DNA of 64,000 nt from Moniliella sp. 'wahieum' (lineage: Eukaryota), in NCBI GenBank assembly GCA_003971905.1, contig RSEE01000040.1:248001-312000 (forward strand), in the 5' to 3' direction. The notes beneath the pieces are model-generated. The model made no database searches. It was not told the DNA's origin and worked only from the letters and a program-made list of their open reading frames with translations. Shown here one piece after another: positions 1 to 9,986 of this stretch (positions are counted from its first letter, which is position 1; each line of letters begins with the position of its first letter). The position numbers and the translations under genes were made by a program.

Positions 1-115
1 GAGAGGCTGAAGATGGGCGTCCGAGCGGATGGACTGGTGCTTAATGCTTGAAGCGCGACATGACGACGAGAACGGAGTACTCAAACCTCGATTCATTTCA
101 AACCCAAAGGGGCTT

Positions 116-164
116 GAAGCTTGAAGCGTGAAGCTGGAAGCGTGAAGCTGGAAGCGTGAAGCTG
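116..164. repeat. Heptamer tandem array GAAGC(TT/GT/TG) x7 upstream of beta-tubulin
   Basis: Read directly: GAAGCTT GAAGCGT GAAGCTG GAAGCGT GAAGCTG GAAGCGT GAAGCTG. Confidence 0.9.
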
Positions 165-508
165 GAGGCAGTTGGGTTCTCGCTTGCTGGTACATGGGGC
201 GGGATGGGAGGCTGCCCCCGTGCGGGTGCTCCTGCGTCCAGTCCAACACGGCTGCCCTTCAGGGGGAAGCGCACGCTGGTGGGGGGGGCGGGGGGTGATG
301 GCGCGGTGGGAGGGCGCTCGCGGGAGCGGGAGCGCGGGCGCAGTGTGGGGTCCGCGCAGCGCCCAGTGCCAGCCAGCTGTCCGGCCGCCGCGTGGAGCTG
401 GCGCACAATTAATAAGGCACCCCTGCCCCGTCTTGGCGCCCTCGGCCTGCGCCCCCTTCGCCTCCTCCGCAACGCCGTCTCCCGTGTCCTCCACCGCCCA
501 CCCCCACC

Positions 509-1917
509 ATGCGCGAGATCGTTCACCTGCAGACCGGCCAGTGCGGCAACCAGATTGGCACCAAGTTCTGGGAGGTCCTCTCGGATGAGCACGGCATCGA
601 TGGTACCGGTGCCTACGTCGGCAACTCGGACCTTCAGCTGGAGCGCATCGACGTTTACTAGTACGCCCCCCCCCGCCCCTCCGCTTCCCTCGCCGTCCTC
701 TGCTCACCGCTTCCCATCTCTCCAGCAACGAGGCAAGCAATTCTCGCTTTGTCCCCCGTGCCGTGCTCGTCGACCTCGACCTGGCACCATGGACTCCATC
801 CGGTCCGGCTCGATGGGCGGCCTGTTCCGCCCGGACAACTTTGTCTTTGGTCAGTCGGGTGCCGGCAACAACTGGGCCAAGGGCCATTACAGAGGGAGCT
901 GAGCTTGTCGACTCGGTGCTGACGTGGTGCGTAAAGAGGCGAAGGGTGCGACATGCTGCAGGGCTTCCAGATCACCCACTCCCTGGGCGGTGGTACCGGT
1001 GCCGGAATGGGTACCCTCCTCATCTCCAAAATCCGGGAGGAGTTCCCGGACCGTATGATGGCCACTTCTCCGTCCTTCCTCGCCCAAGGTGTCGGACACG
1101 GTTGTCGAGCCATACAACGCTACCCTCTCGATCCATCAGCTCGTTGAGAACGCAGACGAGTCGTTCTGCATTGACAATGAAGCCTTGTACGACATTTGCT
1201 TCCGCACCCTCAAGCTCAAGGCTCCCGGATACGATGACCTGAACCACCTCGTTTCTCTCGTCATGTCGGGTATCACTACCTGTCTCCGTTTCCCTGGGCA
1301 GCTCAACTCGGACCTGCGCAAGCTCGCTGTCAACATGGTCCCCTTCCCTCGTCTCCATTTCTTTATGGTCGGCTTTGCCCCGCTTACCGCACGCGGCAGC
1401 CAACAGTACCGTGCCGTCACTGTGCCCGAGCTGACGCAGCAGATGTTTGAGAGCAAGAACATGATGGCTGCTGCCGATCCGCGTCACGGCCGGTACCTGA
1501 CTGTCGCTGCCTACTTCCGCGGCGCTGTCTCGATGAAGGAGTGGAGGACCAGATGCAGGCGACTCAAGCCAAGAATGCCTCCTACTTTGTCGAGTGGATT
1601 CCCAACAATGTTCAGACCGCGCACTGCGACATTGCTCCTCACGGAATGAAGATGGCAGTCACGTTCATTGGAAACTCGACGGCGATTCAAGACTTGTTTA
1701 AGCGGGTGTCCGAGCAGTTCTCGCCATGTTCCGCCGCAAGGCCTTCCTCCACTGGTACACCTCCGAGGGCATGGATGAGCTCGAGTTTACGGAAGCCGAG
1801 TCGAACCTGCAAGACCTCGTGTCTGAGTACCAACAGTACGCCGAGGCTGGCATTGACGATGAGGACGAGTACTTGGAGGAGGAAGGTGAATATGAGGCCG
1901 AGCCTCAGGAGGAATAG
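509..1917 (+). CDS. TUB2: Beta-tubulin (one intron 661-725; several apparent frameshifts)
   Basis: [17 protein letters not shown] start, [30 protein letters not shown] signature, [11 protein letters not shown], acidic tail ending EPQEE*; GTACGC...CAG intron. Confidence 0.98.
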
Positions 1918-2322
1918 ACGCCTCCCTCTCACCTGCCATCCCAGTTGGTCGCAGTAGGAAGCGACACCCCTCTAGATTCCCACCTCGTTTTCCTGCATGT
2001 CTTTATCTTTTGGCTCACTCAACGTCCCTCCTTTCCCCTCAGATACTTTGTTGCTAGTATGCGGGAGTCCAGAGGAATCCAAGGGTTTGGGTGGAGATTT
2101 TCTGCAGAGGTAGAGCGATGCAATCGCGAAGGTGGGGGTGTTGGGATCACAGTCTTCTCTACACTTGCAAAAGACAGGGCTTCGAACAAGCAGAAGTATA
2201 CAGGTGGGGACATCGGAGGTGAAAAAAGGGGCAAAGGGGTGATATACTACGTACAGGACCGCAGGTCCCAACAGCCTGTCTGTCTACTTCGACTTACACA
2301 GAATGGCAGAAAAAAAAAACAG

Positions 2323-3751
2323 TTAAGCCACCTCACGGTACACCTTGATGGTCTTGTCTGCCCCGCCGGTGATGAGCCGCGTGCCTGATTGGTCAAATGT
2401 GGAGCAAAAGACACCAGCCTCGGCATCAAGCGAGCCAGGTTGCGGAACATCATCAACGCTTTGAAAGGGGGTCCCCGTATCATAATCGTAAAACTTGAGC
2501 TGCCCATTGTCGCCTCCGGCAAACAAAACGCCATCGGCATTGCACGCAAGTGTGTTGACAATGGCACCATGAGCCACAGAGTTAAGGAGAGTGCCCTCGG
2601 GACATTGCCATGTCTTGATGTTGCTTCCCATGGCCGACCCGGAAGCAAAGGAGAACTGGGTAGGGTGTAATGCCAAGGCTCGAACCGACTTGTGGTGTTG
2701 CGTCAATGTCTTGAACGTCTTGCCCGCCGCCAAGTCCCAAAGGCGCACTGTCTGGTCCACCGATCCAGTGATCACTTGCGGATCCGCCTCTTGACACACG
2801 GCACTTGTCACCGCATGGGTGTGCCCACGAAGTACATGGATTTCGGAACGGGTGCGCATGTCCCATACCCGCGCCACACTGTCTCGGCCACCACTTACAA
2901 GGACGTCCAGCGTCGGATGGAGAGAAAGACAGTAGATCCCACTGCGATGGCCCGTGTACTTGCGAATTACCTTGTTCGTCTCCAAATCCCAGCACTTCAC
3001 CTCCTTGTCTTCTCCAGCTGAAAAGAGATAAGGATGCCGCGAGCTGATGGCCAGGCCACGTACCGTCGCCTTGTGGCCTGTCAGACTCAATTTGAGCTCG
3101 CCCGAGGCCAGGTCCCAAATCTGGTCCAGCATGTCAGTATGGTCGTTCAGAGGGAGGAGAGGCAGGTACACACTTTGATCATTTGGTCACCTGCTCCCGT
3201 AGCAAACCATTGGTTGTTGGGTTCCACCGCCACCGCACACGTACCCAGCCGTTGTGGCCAGAGAGGACGCGCATCAGCCTCCAGTCGGGGTGGAAGGCAG
3301 GCTGGTCGTGTCGCGCCTCCAGCTCCTTTTTGCGCACCAGGGCAGTGGACAGGCGCGTGCCACTGCTGCTAGCCAACCTCTCTTCGCTGCGGAAGGCAAC
3401 AAGTGCGTCCGAGGGAGGTGGGGCGGAGGGTGCGACCAACGCATCCGAAGTGGGCTGCGAAAGGGCAGAATTATTATCCGAGGAGGACGCCTTGCGCTTC
3501 TTGTTGTTGGACTCGGGGCCGCGTCCTGCGGCGGCCTGCTGGGCCAACAGAGCGGGAGGGAGTGTTTGCGCCCACGCCCACTCGGAACCAATTTTGCTGC
3601 CTAACTGGGCTCGCACGGCACCTTCTTCGGCCGAAGGCCCTGCCGACACGGACGCAGAGAACAATATGCGGGCGCGCTTGGCACTCGAGTCGGCCAGGCG
3701 CTCGAGCGACGGCTGTGGGGGAGCCGCATTAGGAGGAGGGTGAGCGGACAT
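2323..3751 (-). CDS. PRP46: Pre-mRNA splicing factor Prp46/PLRG1 (WD40 repeats); intron 3121-3173
   Basis: [81 protein letters not shown]. Confidence 0.95.
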
Positions 3752-4454
3752 GGCCACTAACGTGAGCGTCGGGGAGATGGAGGCAGCTAATACACGGCCT
3801 GGCTGTCGATTGGCCAGCTATTGGAGCGGCCTCTCTGTCCATGTTCCGCTCGGTGGCGGAATTGAACTGGCTTAACCGTTTAATTGATCCGCTTGTCCGC
3901 TCGCCTGTCTGTTGGAGCTGACGATCCAGTTTAGTGTGGCCGCCGCTTGTGTTACTTCGTGCGCTACCCGGGCTCGCTGGCATCTCTTAAGGAAACTGCC
4001 CATCGAACGTGCGCCCGTGTCAAACGAACCACAGAGGTGAAGGTGTATCATTTAGGGGAGAGTACGCAGCGTAGTAGAAAACATGATCAAGGCGTTGGGC
4101 CAGGGCCTAGGAGGCCACCATTCTCACCATCCGGAGGTTGGACAGCTTCAATACAGAAACCCCATATCTTGTCATGAATCGCGCCGAGAAAAAAAGTGGC
4201 ACGAAGCGGCTACTCGCATCCAGGTATAGGAGGTCAGTGACGCTTTGAGGCAAATAATCTGGTGAACGGGAAGACAACTCACCCATAGCTAACATGTCCG
4301 CTCCCTGAAGAGAAAGCGTACACAATGGCCATGCGGACTATGCCCCCCCCCCCGAATAGTCCAAAGTAATCGGAAAGAAGAAGTGAGCAGAGATGATGAT
4401 GGATGAAGCACAATCCAGCCTGGACCAAGGAAGGATGGGAACCCAGACATATAG

Positions 4455-4925
4455 TTACATGGCCTTGGCCACCAGCTCACCGCCGCAGCCAACGCGCACA
4501 GCGTCCTTGATCTCCATAAACCCTCTTGGCCCCGTGTTGATAATGCCAACCTCACCAAGGCGGAGGGGGGGCATATACTTGGCCCGCCGCCCCGTAGCCA
4601 GCTTCATCAACTCGTCCCGCTCAAAAATAAGTTTCCTTCCCGGCTTGGAAACCATCTTGAAATACTCCAGTACGGCGCGGTCATCCGCACGGTATTTGAG
4701 GTCGATCCAAAACCTGCGGTCGCCATGGGATGGCGCATGGATCCAGGCGGTTGGGCTGTGCGGGACCTGGTTGGTGCCGCGAGAGATGTTGGAGAGGAAG
4801 CCTTGGTTGAGCAACACCATGGCCATGCCCAAGTTGTCGTGGGTGGCAGCAACGGGCAGCGTGCGGACCCCGCGCCGCGCACCATTCTGAATGCGCAAGA
4901 CAAACTCGGCAATGGGGGCCAGCAT
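4455..4925 (-). CDS. MRPS8: Mitochondrial small-subunit ribosomal protein uS8m
   Basis: RIQNG...LLNQGFLSNISRG...RRFWIDLKYR...VSKPGRK...LGEVGIINT...MEIKDAVRVGCGGELV, typical of fungal mitochondrial S8. Confidence 0.88.
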   Translation of the reverse strand: MLAPIAEFVLRIQNGARRGVRTLPVAATHDNLGMAMVLLNQGFLSNISRGTNQVPHSPTAWIHAPSHGDRRFWIDLKYRADDRAVLEYFKMVSKPGRKLIFERDELMKLATGRRAKYMPPLRLGEVGIINTGPRGFMEIKDAVRVGCGGELVAKAM

Positions 4926-5197
4926 GGGAGAGCACCGCAGGCGCCAGCGAAAAGGTGGGGATGGGGTGCGGAGCGAGTCGGGCGGCCGTCCGCGTTGTGG
5001 GGCCAAGTCCAACAAGAAGGATCAGGCGGCGCGGAATGGGGATCCGCATGGAGCGGAATTGGGCGGCGAGCCAGAAAATGGCCTGCGCAGGTCGTGTTGG
5101 CCCAAGTCGTCTCAGGTCGTCCCCGCCCTGGTTGGTACGCGACCTCGTTTGCATCACCACCGCGTTGGCAGTGCCTTGGCCTGCTACCTCGCCTGCC

Positions 5198-6480
5198 ATG
5201 CCGCTTTCGTTTGAGGAGATGCGCGAGAGTGCCAGCGCTCTGAGCAAGAGCGTGAGCGCCGGTGCGTGGAAGGACGTAGAGGCGTTGCTCAAGCGCCTGC
5301 GTGACCATGCCGAGCCGACCGAGGACCAGATCCGTTCCACCAAGTTGGGCAAGACCATTGGCACGCTGCGCAAGTCTGCTGAGCCCCATATTTCTGATCT
5401 GGCCAAGGCTATTGTCAAAAAGTGGCGTAACAAGGTGGAAGCTGACAAGGCCAAAGAAGGCAAGAAAAAGCACGAAACCAAGCGTACGTCGAGCGATCTA
5501 TCCGGCCTGCTCTGTCTGTTGCGTTGATACTGATTCGATCGATGTGCGGGCAGTATCTACCTCTTCCAAGACAGATCATTCCAAATCGGGCTCTCCTTCT
5601 TTGTCCGCTTCGCCCTCCAAGCCATCACCTGCCCTCACAGCCGCTTCGCCAGTCAAAGCAGCCACATGCTCCTTATGCTCCAACGTCCAAACCTGTTGCT
5701 GCTCGGAGCACAACGAAAATTGACTTTGATGTGCTTGGAGACCGCGTGAGGAACGCGTGCCTCAAGCTCTTGTTTCAAGGTCTCGAGGTTGACTTGAAGG
5801 AAGGTATGTTGTGCTCCCCATCTCGAGTGTGGCAAAGAAACTGACGAGGATGATCGATTATTGATTGCTGCTCTCCAGACAAGGTTGTTGCCTACGAGAG
5901 GGCACTGGAGATTGAAAAGGCCGTCTTCACCAAATGCGGCCACGGAGAAACGAATGGGGAGTACAGAACCAAGGTGCGGTCTCTTTCGCTCAACCTCAAG
6001 GACAAGAACAACCCTGCTTTGCGCCAGGGTGTGCTGGATGGACAAATCGATCCTGCTGCGCTCGTGACAATGTCACCGGCTGCGATGGCCTCGGACGCGC
6101 GCAAGGCCGAGCGTCAGCGGCTTCAGGCGCAGAACTTATTCAACGCCCGGGCTGCGGAGCCCCAGGAGGCCGAGACGGATATGTTCGAGTGTTCTCGCTG
6201 CCACCAGCGCAAGGTGCGCTACTTTGAGAAGCAAACACGAAGTGCTGACGAGCCCATGACCGGTACGCCCTCTCTTTTCCTCGGGTTGGTTGTGCGATGA
6301 CGATGCTGACGTGTGCCTTGTTGAGTGTTCTGCACCTGCACCAACTGCAACTTCCGGTATGCTAAGTTCCTGTCCTTTTTCCCGGTTGCCTTGCGAGAGA
6401 TACTGACCGGCCTTGTGGCATTTCCCTGCGTGTGCACGCTTCTTCTTCCTTGGTTCTCCTGTAGGTGGAAGTTCTCTTGA
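5198..6480 (+). CDS. DST1: Transcription elongation factor TFIIS (4 introns; last exons 6326-6356 and 6465-6480)
   Basis: N-terminal STKLGKTIGTLRK...LAKAIVKKWR; central RSLSLNLKDKNNPALR; Zn ribbon FECSRCHQRKVRYFEKQTRSADEPMT+VFCTCTNCNFRWKFS* after splicing. Confidence 0.95.
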
Positions 6481-7794
6481 GTATGGTATCAACTCCGCTC
6501 GGCTTGAGGCCCAGGCTGCGCTTGGGACTTTCTCTTTCTCTTGGTGCCTGTGTTTATTTGTATCACGTCGTCACGTCCTGCATTTCTCTTTCGTGTGCGG
6601 GGCGGATCTTAGTGGTGAGGTGAGGCCTGATATGGAGTGCCAGACTGCAAAAGAGGGGTGGCGAAGCTTGAAGCACCGGTAGTAGTGTATAGTGCTCTTA
6701 CGCGTTGAAGGTGAGACGTAGGTGTTCCAAGTGGAAGGGTGTGTTGATGTGGTCGATGGATGTCGAAGGGATCGCGAGGATCAATAACGCGTAACGCGTA
6801 ACGCGAGATGGCGCGTGGCGGGAACCTGTGCATGCTAGAGTGCGACTTGGGAGCACTCGCGATCCTATGGATCAGCTGCAAAGCAGCCTTCAGACAAGGC
6901 GTGAAGGCAAAGTGGTGAGCCACAAGTCTTCAAGCAACGTCTGAAGGGAAGGAGAAAGGAGAGAGAGAAGGGAGATGGAGCGAGCAGGGCGTGCGCGGCC
7001 TGCGAGCGGAACGCTTCCGCTCGGCTAGGCGAGCGTCACCGATCCATTGAGGGCCGCGCAGGAGAACCCTAGCAGTACCCTCTAACAGTGCAGAGAGAGT
7101 CCTTATAAAGTTCAACATCCAATCCGTCGTTGTCACTGTCATGGAACACTGGGATGATGATGACGGAATACTGAGCGATCCTGCTCTGCTGCGCCCCCAC
7201 GGGGGGGCGGCTGGAGCCGTGGAGGAGGCGTGGAGGGCGGGGGGGTCGATGGGCGAGACCCAGGCATGCCAACACGGGCCTTCCGGCCGGCGGTGGTGGA
7301 CAGTCCCATGTCCCAGCTGGCCGTCGGCAGTCGATCGTCGATAGGCGTGGTTGCCGCATGGCCCACCCAGTTCACGCCGGTTCGGTGCATCCGGGGGCGT
7401 CGCACGGGGCCAGCGTGCCCATACGCTGTGACGTCACAGTGCGAATGCTGGGCCCCAAGCAGACTCAGCCCGAGTGCTGAGCTCAGCTGAGCGCTGAGGA
7501 CCGCGTGGGCGCACACTGGGCCAGTGCGCGGCGGCTGAGCTCCCCGCTGCGCTCAGCCGCTGAGCGCTGACCAACGCTGAGTTAGTGGCCGCTGCCGCAG
7601 GGCATGCCGCAGGCCGTGCACTGCGTTGCTCGATCCAATATCCAGCCCTGATTATGAGTGCCAGTGATTGGTGATTACCAGCTCCTCGTTACTACGTGCT
7701 GTACTGATTGCTTGCTTGGTGCCTTGCCTCTTGCCTCCCTCCCGCTACCTCTCTCCTCCCCCGCCCCCTCCCCTCCCTTCTCCCCGCCACCACC

Positions 7795-8749
7795 ATGTCC
7801 GCCTCCACCGACGATGCCAAGTCCATCCCTACATCTCGCCCCTCGGCTACGCCCGCTTTGGCGCCGCGGGCGCCATTGCCTGCGCCCTGACCCACGGTGG
7901 CATGACTCCTGTCGATGTGATCAAGACGCGCATCCAGCTCGAGCCCAAGGGATCGGCCTACAACTCGATGGGCAAGATGCTGAAGCACATTGTTTCCACC
8001 GAGGGCCCGCACGGCCTTCTGACTGGCTTTGGCCCCACCGCCGTCGGGTACATGGTCCAAGGCGGGCTCAAGTTTGCCGGCTTTGAGTACTTTAAGCGCC
8101 TGGGCGTTGTCTTGGCCGGCGGGCTGAAAGAGGCGAGGAATACCGCACTGCCATCCACGTCCTGGGCGCCTCGGCAGCCGAGGTGATTGCGACCACCGCC
8201 CTGACCCCGCTGGAAGCGGCGCGGATCCGGCTGGTGAGCAACCCTTCGTATGCGTCGGGCCTGGTGGGCGCGATTACGCGCATGGGCAAAGAAGAAGGGT
8301 TGCGAGGCTTTTACGCTGGCTACACGCCCATCTGTTCAAGCAAGTTCCCTATGCGATTGGCCAGTTTGCCGTCAACGAGCAGGCGCACGAGATTGTCAAG
8401 AACACGCCCTCGCTCGACAAGCTCGAGAAGAGCGGCAAGGCGGGCCAGGTGACAATCCAACTGGGCTGTGGTATCGTGGGGTATCGCGGCTGCCGTGCTC
8501 TCCCATCCGGCCGACACGCTCTTGTCCAAGATCAACCAGGGCGGCGGCGGATCGGGCTCGCGCGCTGAAACGTCTGTTTGTGCTGGCCAAGCAGACTGGC
8601 CCGATTGGTATCTGGGCCGGGCTGGGCGCACGTACGGTGATGACCGTCTGCTCGTCTCGGGCCAGTTCTTGCTGTTCCAGCAAACCACGGCCTTGCTCAA
8701 CGCACCCAAGGGCGTCGAGATTCACAAAAAGACGGTGCAGGTCGAGTAA
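7795..8749 (+). CDS. Mitochondrial phosphate carrier (Mir1/Pic2 family), intronless, frameshifted
   Basis: Carrier signatures TPVDVIKTRIQ, TPLEAARIRL, HPADTLLSKIN; GFGPTAVGYMVQGGLKFAGFEYFK. Confidence 0.93.
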
Positions 8750-9366
8750 GGCTTGGGACGGCGGCACTGTTGGTTCAACTGGTTCACGCTATTCTATCCA
8801 CTTACTTTATTCACATCTGGCCAATCCCAAGCGGGGGAGCATTGGTAATGTGACAGCTGCTTTCGTTGTTGACGTTTTCTCCTATTGTCTGTCTTCGTTC
8901 TGAGCTGGCGGCTCCATCTACAACAGACGTGGTAGACAGGAGAGAGAGGGGTAGTAGATAACACCGAACCGTATCGTCGCAATCTTAGCGTCCAGGGAAC
9001 CAGCATCCAGCCAACAACGACTGGGCAAGTGGGGAGGGGGGGGGGGGGGGCGGGAAGGGAGGAAAGAGGCAGGGCTAATCATTAGGCTATACAAGTTCCA
9101 TATACGCAAGGGAAGGGCAGAGAAGATCATGTTCACAACAAGGATACAGGAGCAGGCCACTGCGACGGGACCAAAACAGGAGGGGGCACCTTTACAAAGG
9201 GAAGTGGGTTAAGTGGGTTAAGTGGGCGATAACCAGCAAGTGCGAGAGGGGCAAGCATCGTCTCCATAGCAATAAAAAGCGACAAGGTTAAGAATCGAGC
9301 AATTCCCCTTCCTCTGCCTCTCCTTCTTCTGGCTCTGACTCGGCCATCTCCATCCGTCAGACGCAG

Positions 9367-9904
9367 TCACGAACCTGGCGGGGGCAGGTCCAACGTTTTG
9401 GGCTCCGTCTGGACGGGCGAGCGAGAGCGAGAGCGGGAGCGGGAGCGCGTTGCAAACGTGCGCTTTGCCATTCGGCTTGGGCGAGTCAGGGTTGTCGCTC
9501 GACGACCCAGCCCCTGCGGCGGGAGAGGGACTGGCTGCCGTCTCAGACAAGGAGCCCCGCTTGGGTTCAGGCTGCCCAGACACTTGCGCTTCCTCAGTCT
9601 GCCCCGCTCAGTCTGTTCTTCCACGGGCGCGGACGTAGCTTCAGGCTCTTGTCCAGGCTCCTGGTCAGGCTCTTGTTCAGGCTTCTGTTCAGGCTCCTGT
9701 GCAGGCTCTTGCTCAGGCTCAGGCTCGGGCTCTTGTTCATGGTCCTGTTCAGGCTCAGGCGCAGACACCTGTTCAGGCTCCTGCTCCGGCTTCTGCTCGG
9801 GAGCGTGCTCCGACTCCGGCTCAGGCTCAGACTCAGGTGGAGGCTCAGACCGAAGGCCATGCTCGGACCCAGACACCTGGTCAGGTCCCTGCTCCTTCTC
9901 CTGT

Positions 9905-9986
<82 letters not shown>

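Noticed and set aside
1150..1170. Benzimidazole-resistance substitutions in beta-tubulin
   Set aside because: The E198 and F200 equivalents (ADESFC) are the sensitive-type residues
509..1917. Beta-tubulin (and other genes) as pseudogenes or programmed-frameshift genes
   Set aside because: Indels affect nearly all genes while residues stay conserved; sequencing error is far more parsimonious
6321..6325. Rare GAG splice acceptor in TFIIS intron 3
   Set aside because: Probably a deleted base from TTGCAG/TTGTAG, given the indel rate
9202..9226. AAGTGGGTT repeats as telomere-like sequence or telomerase template
   Set aside because: Under three units; the organism's telomere repeat is unknown; no supporting context
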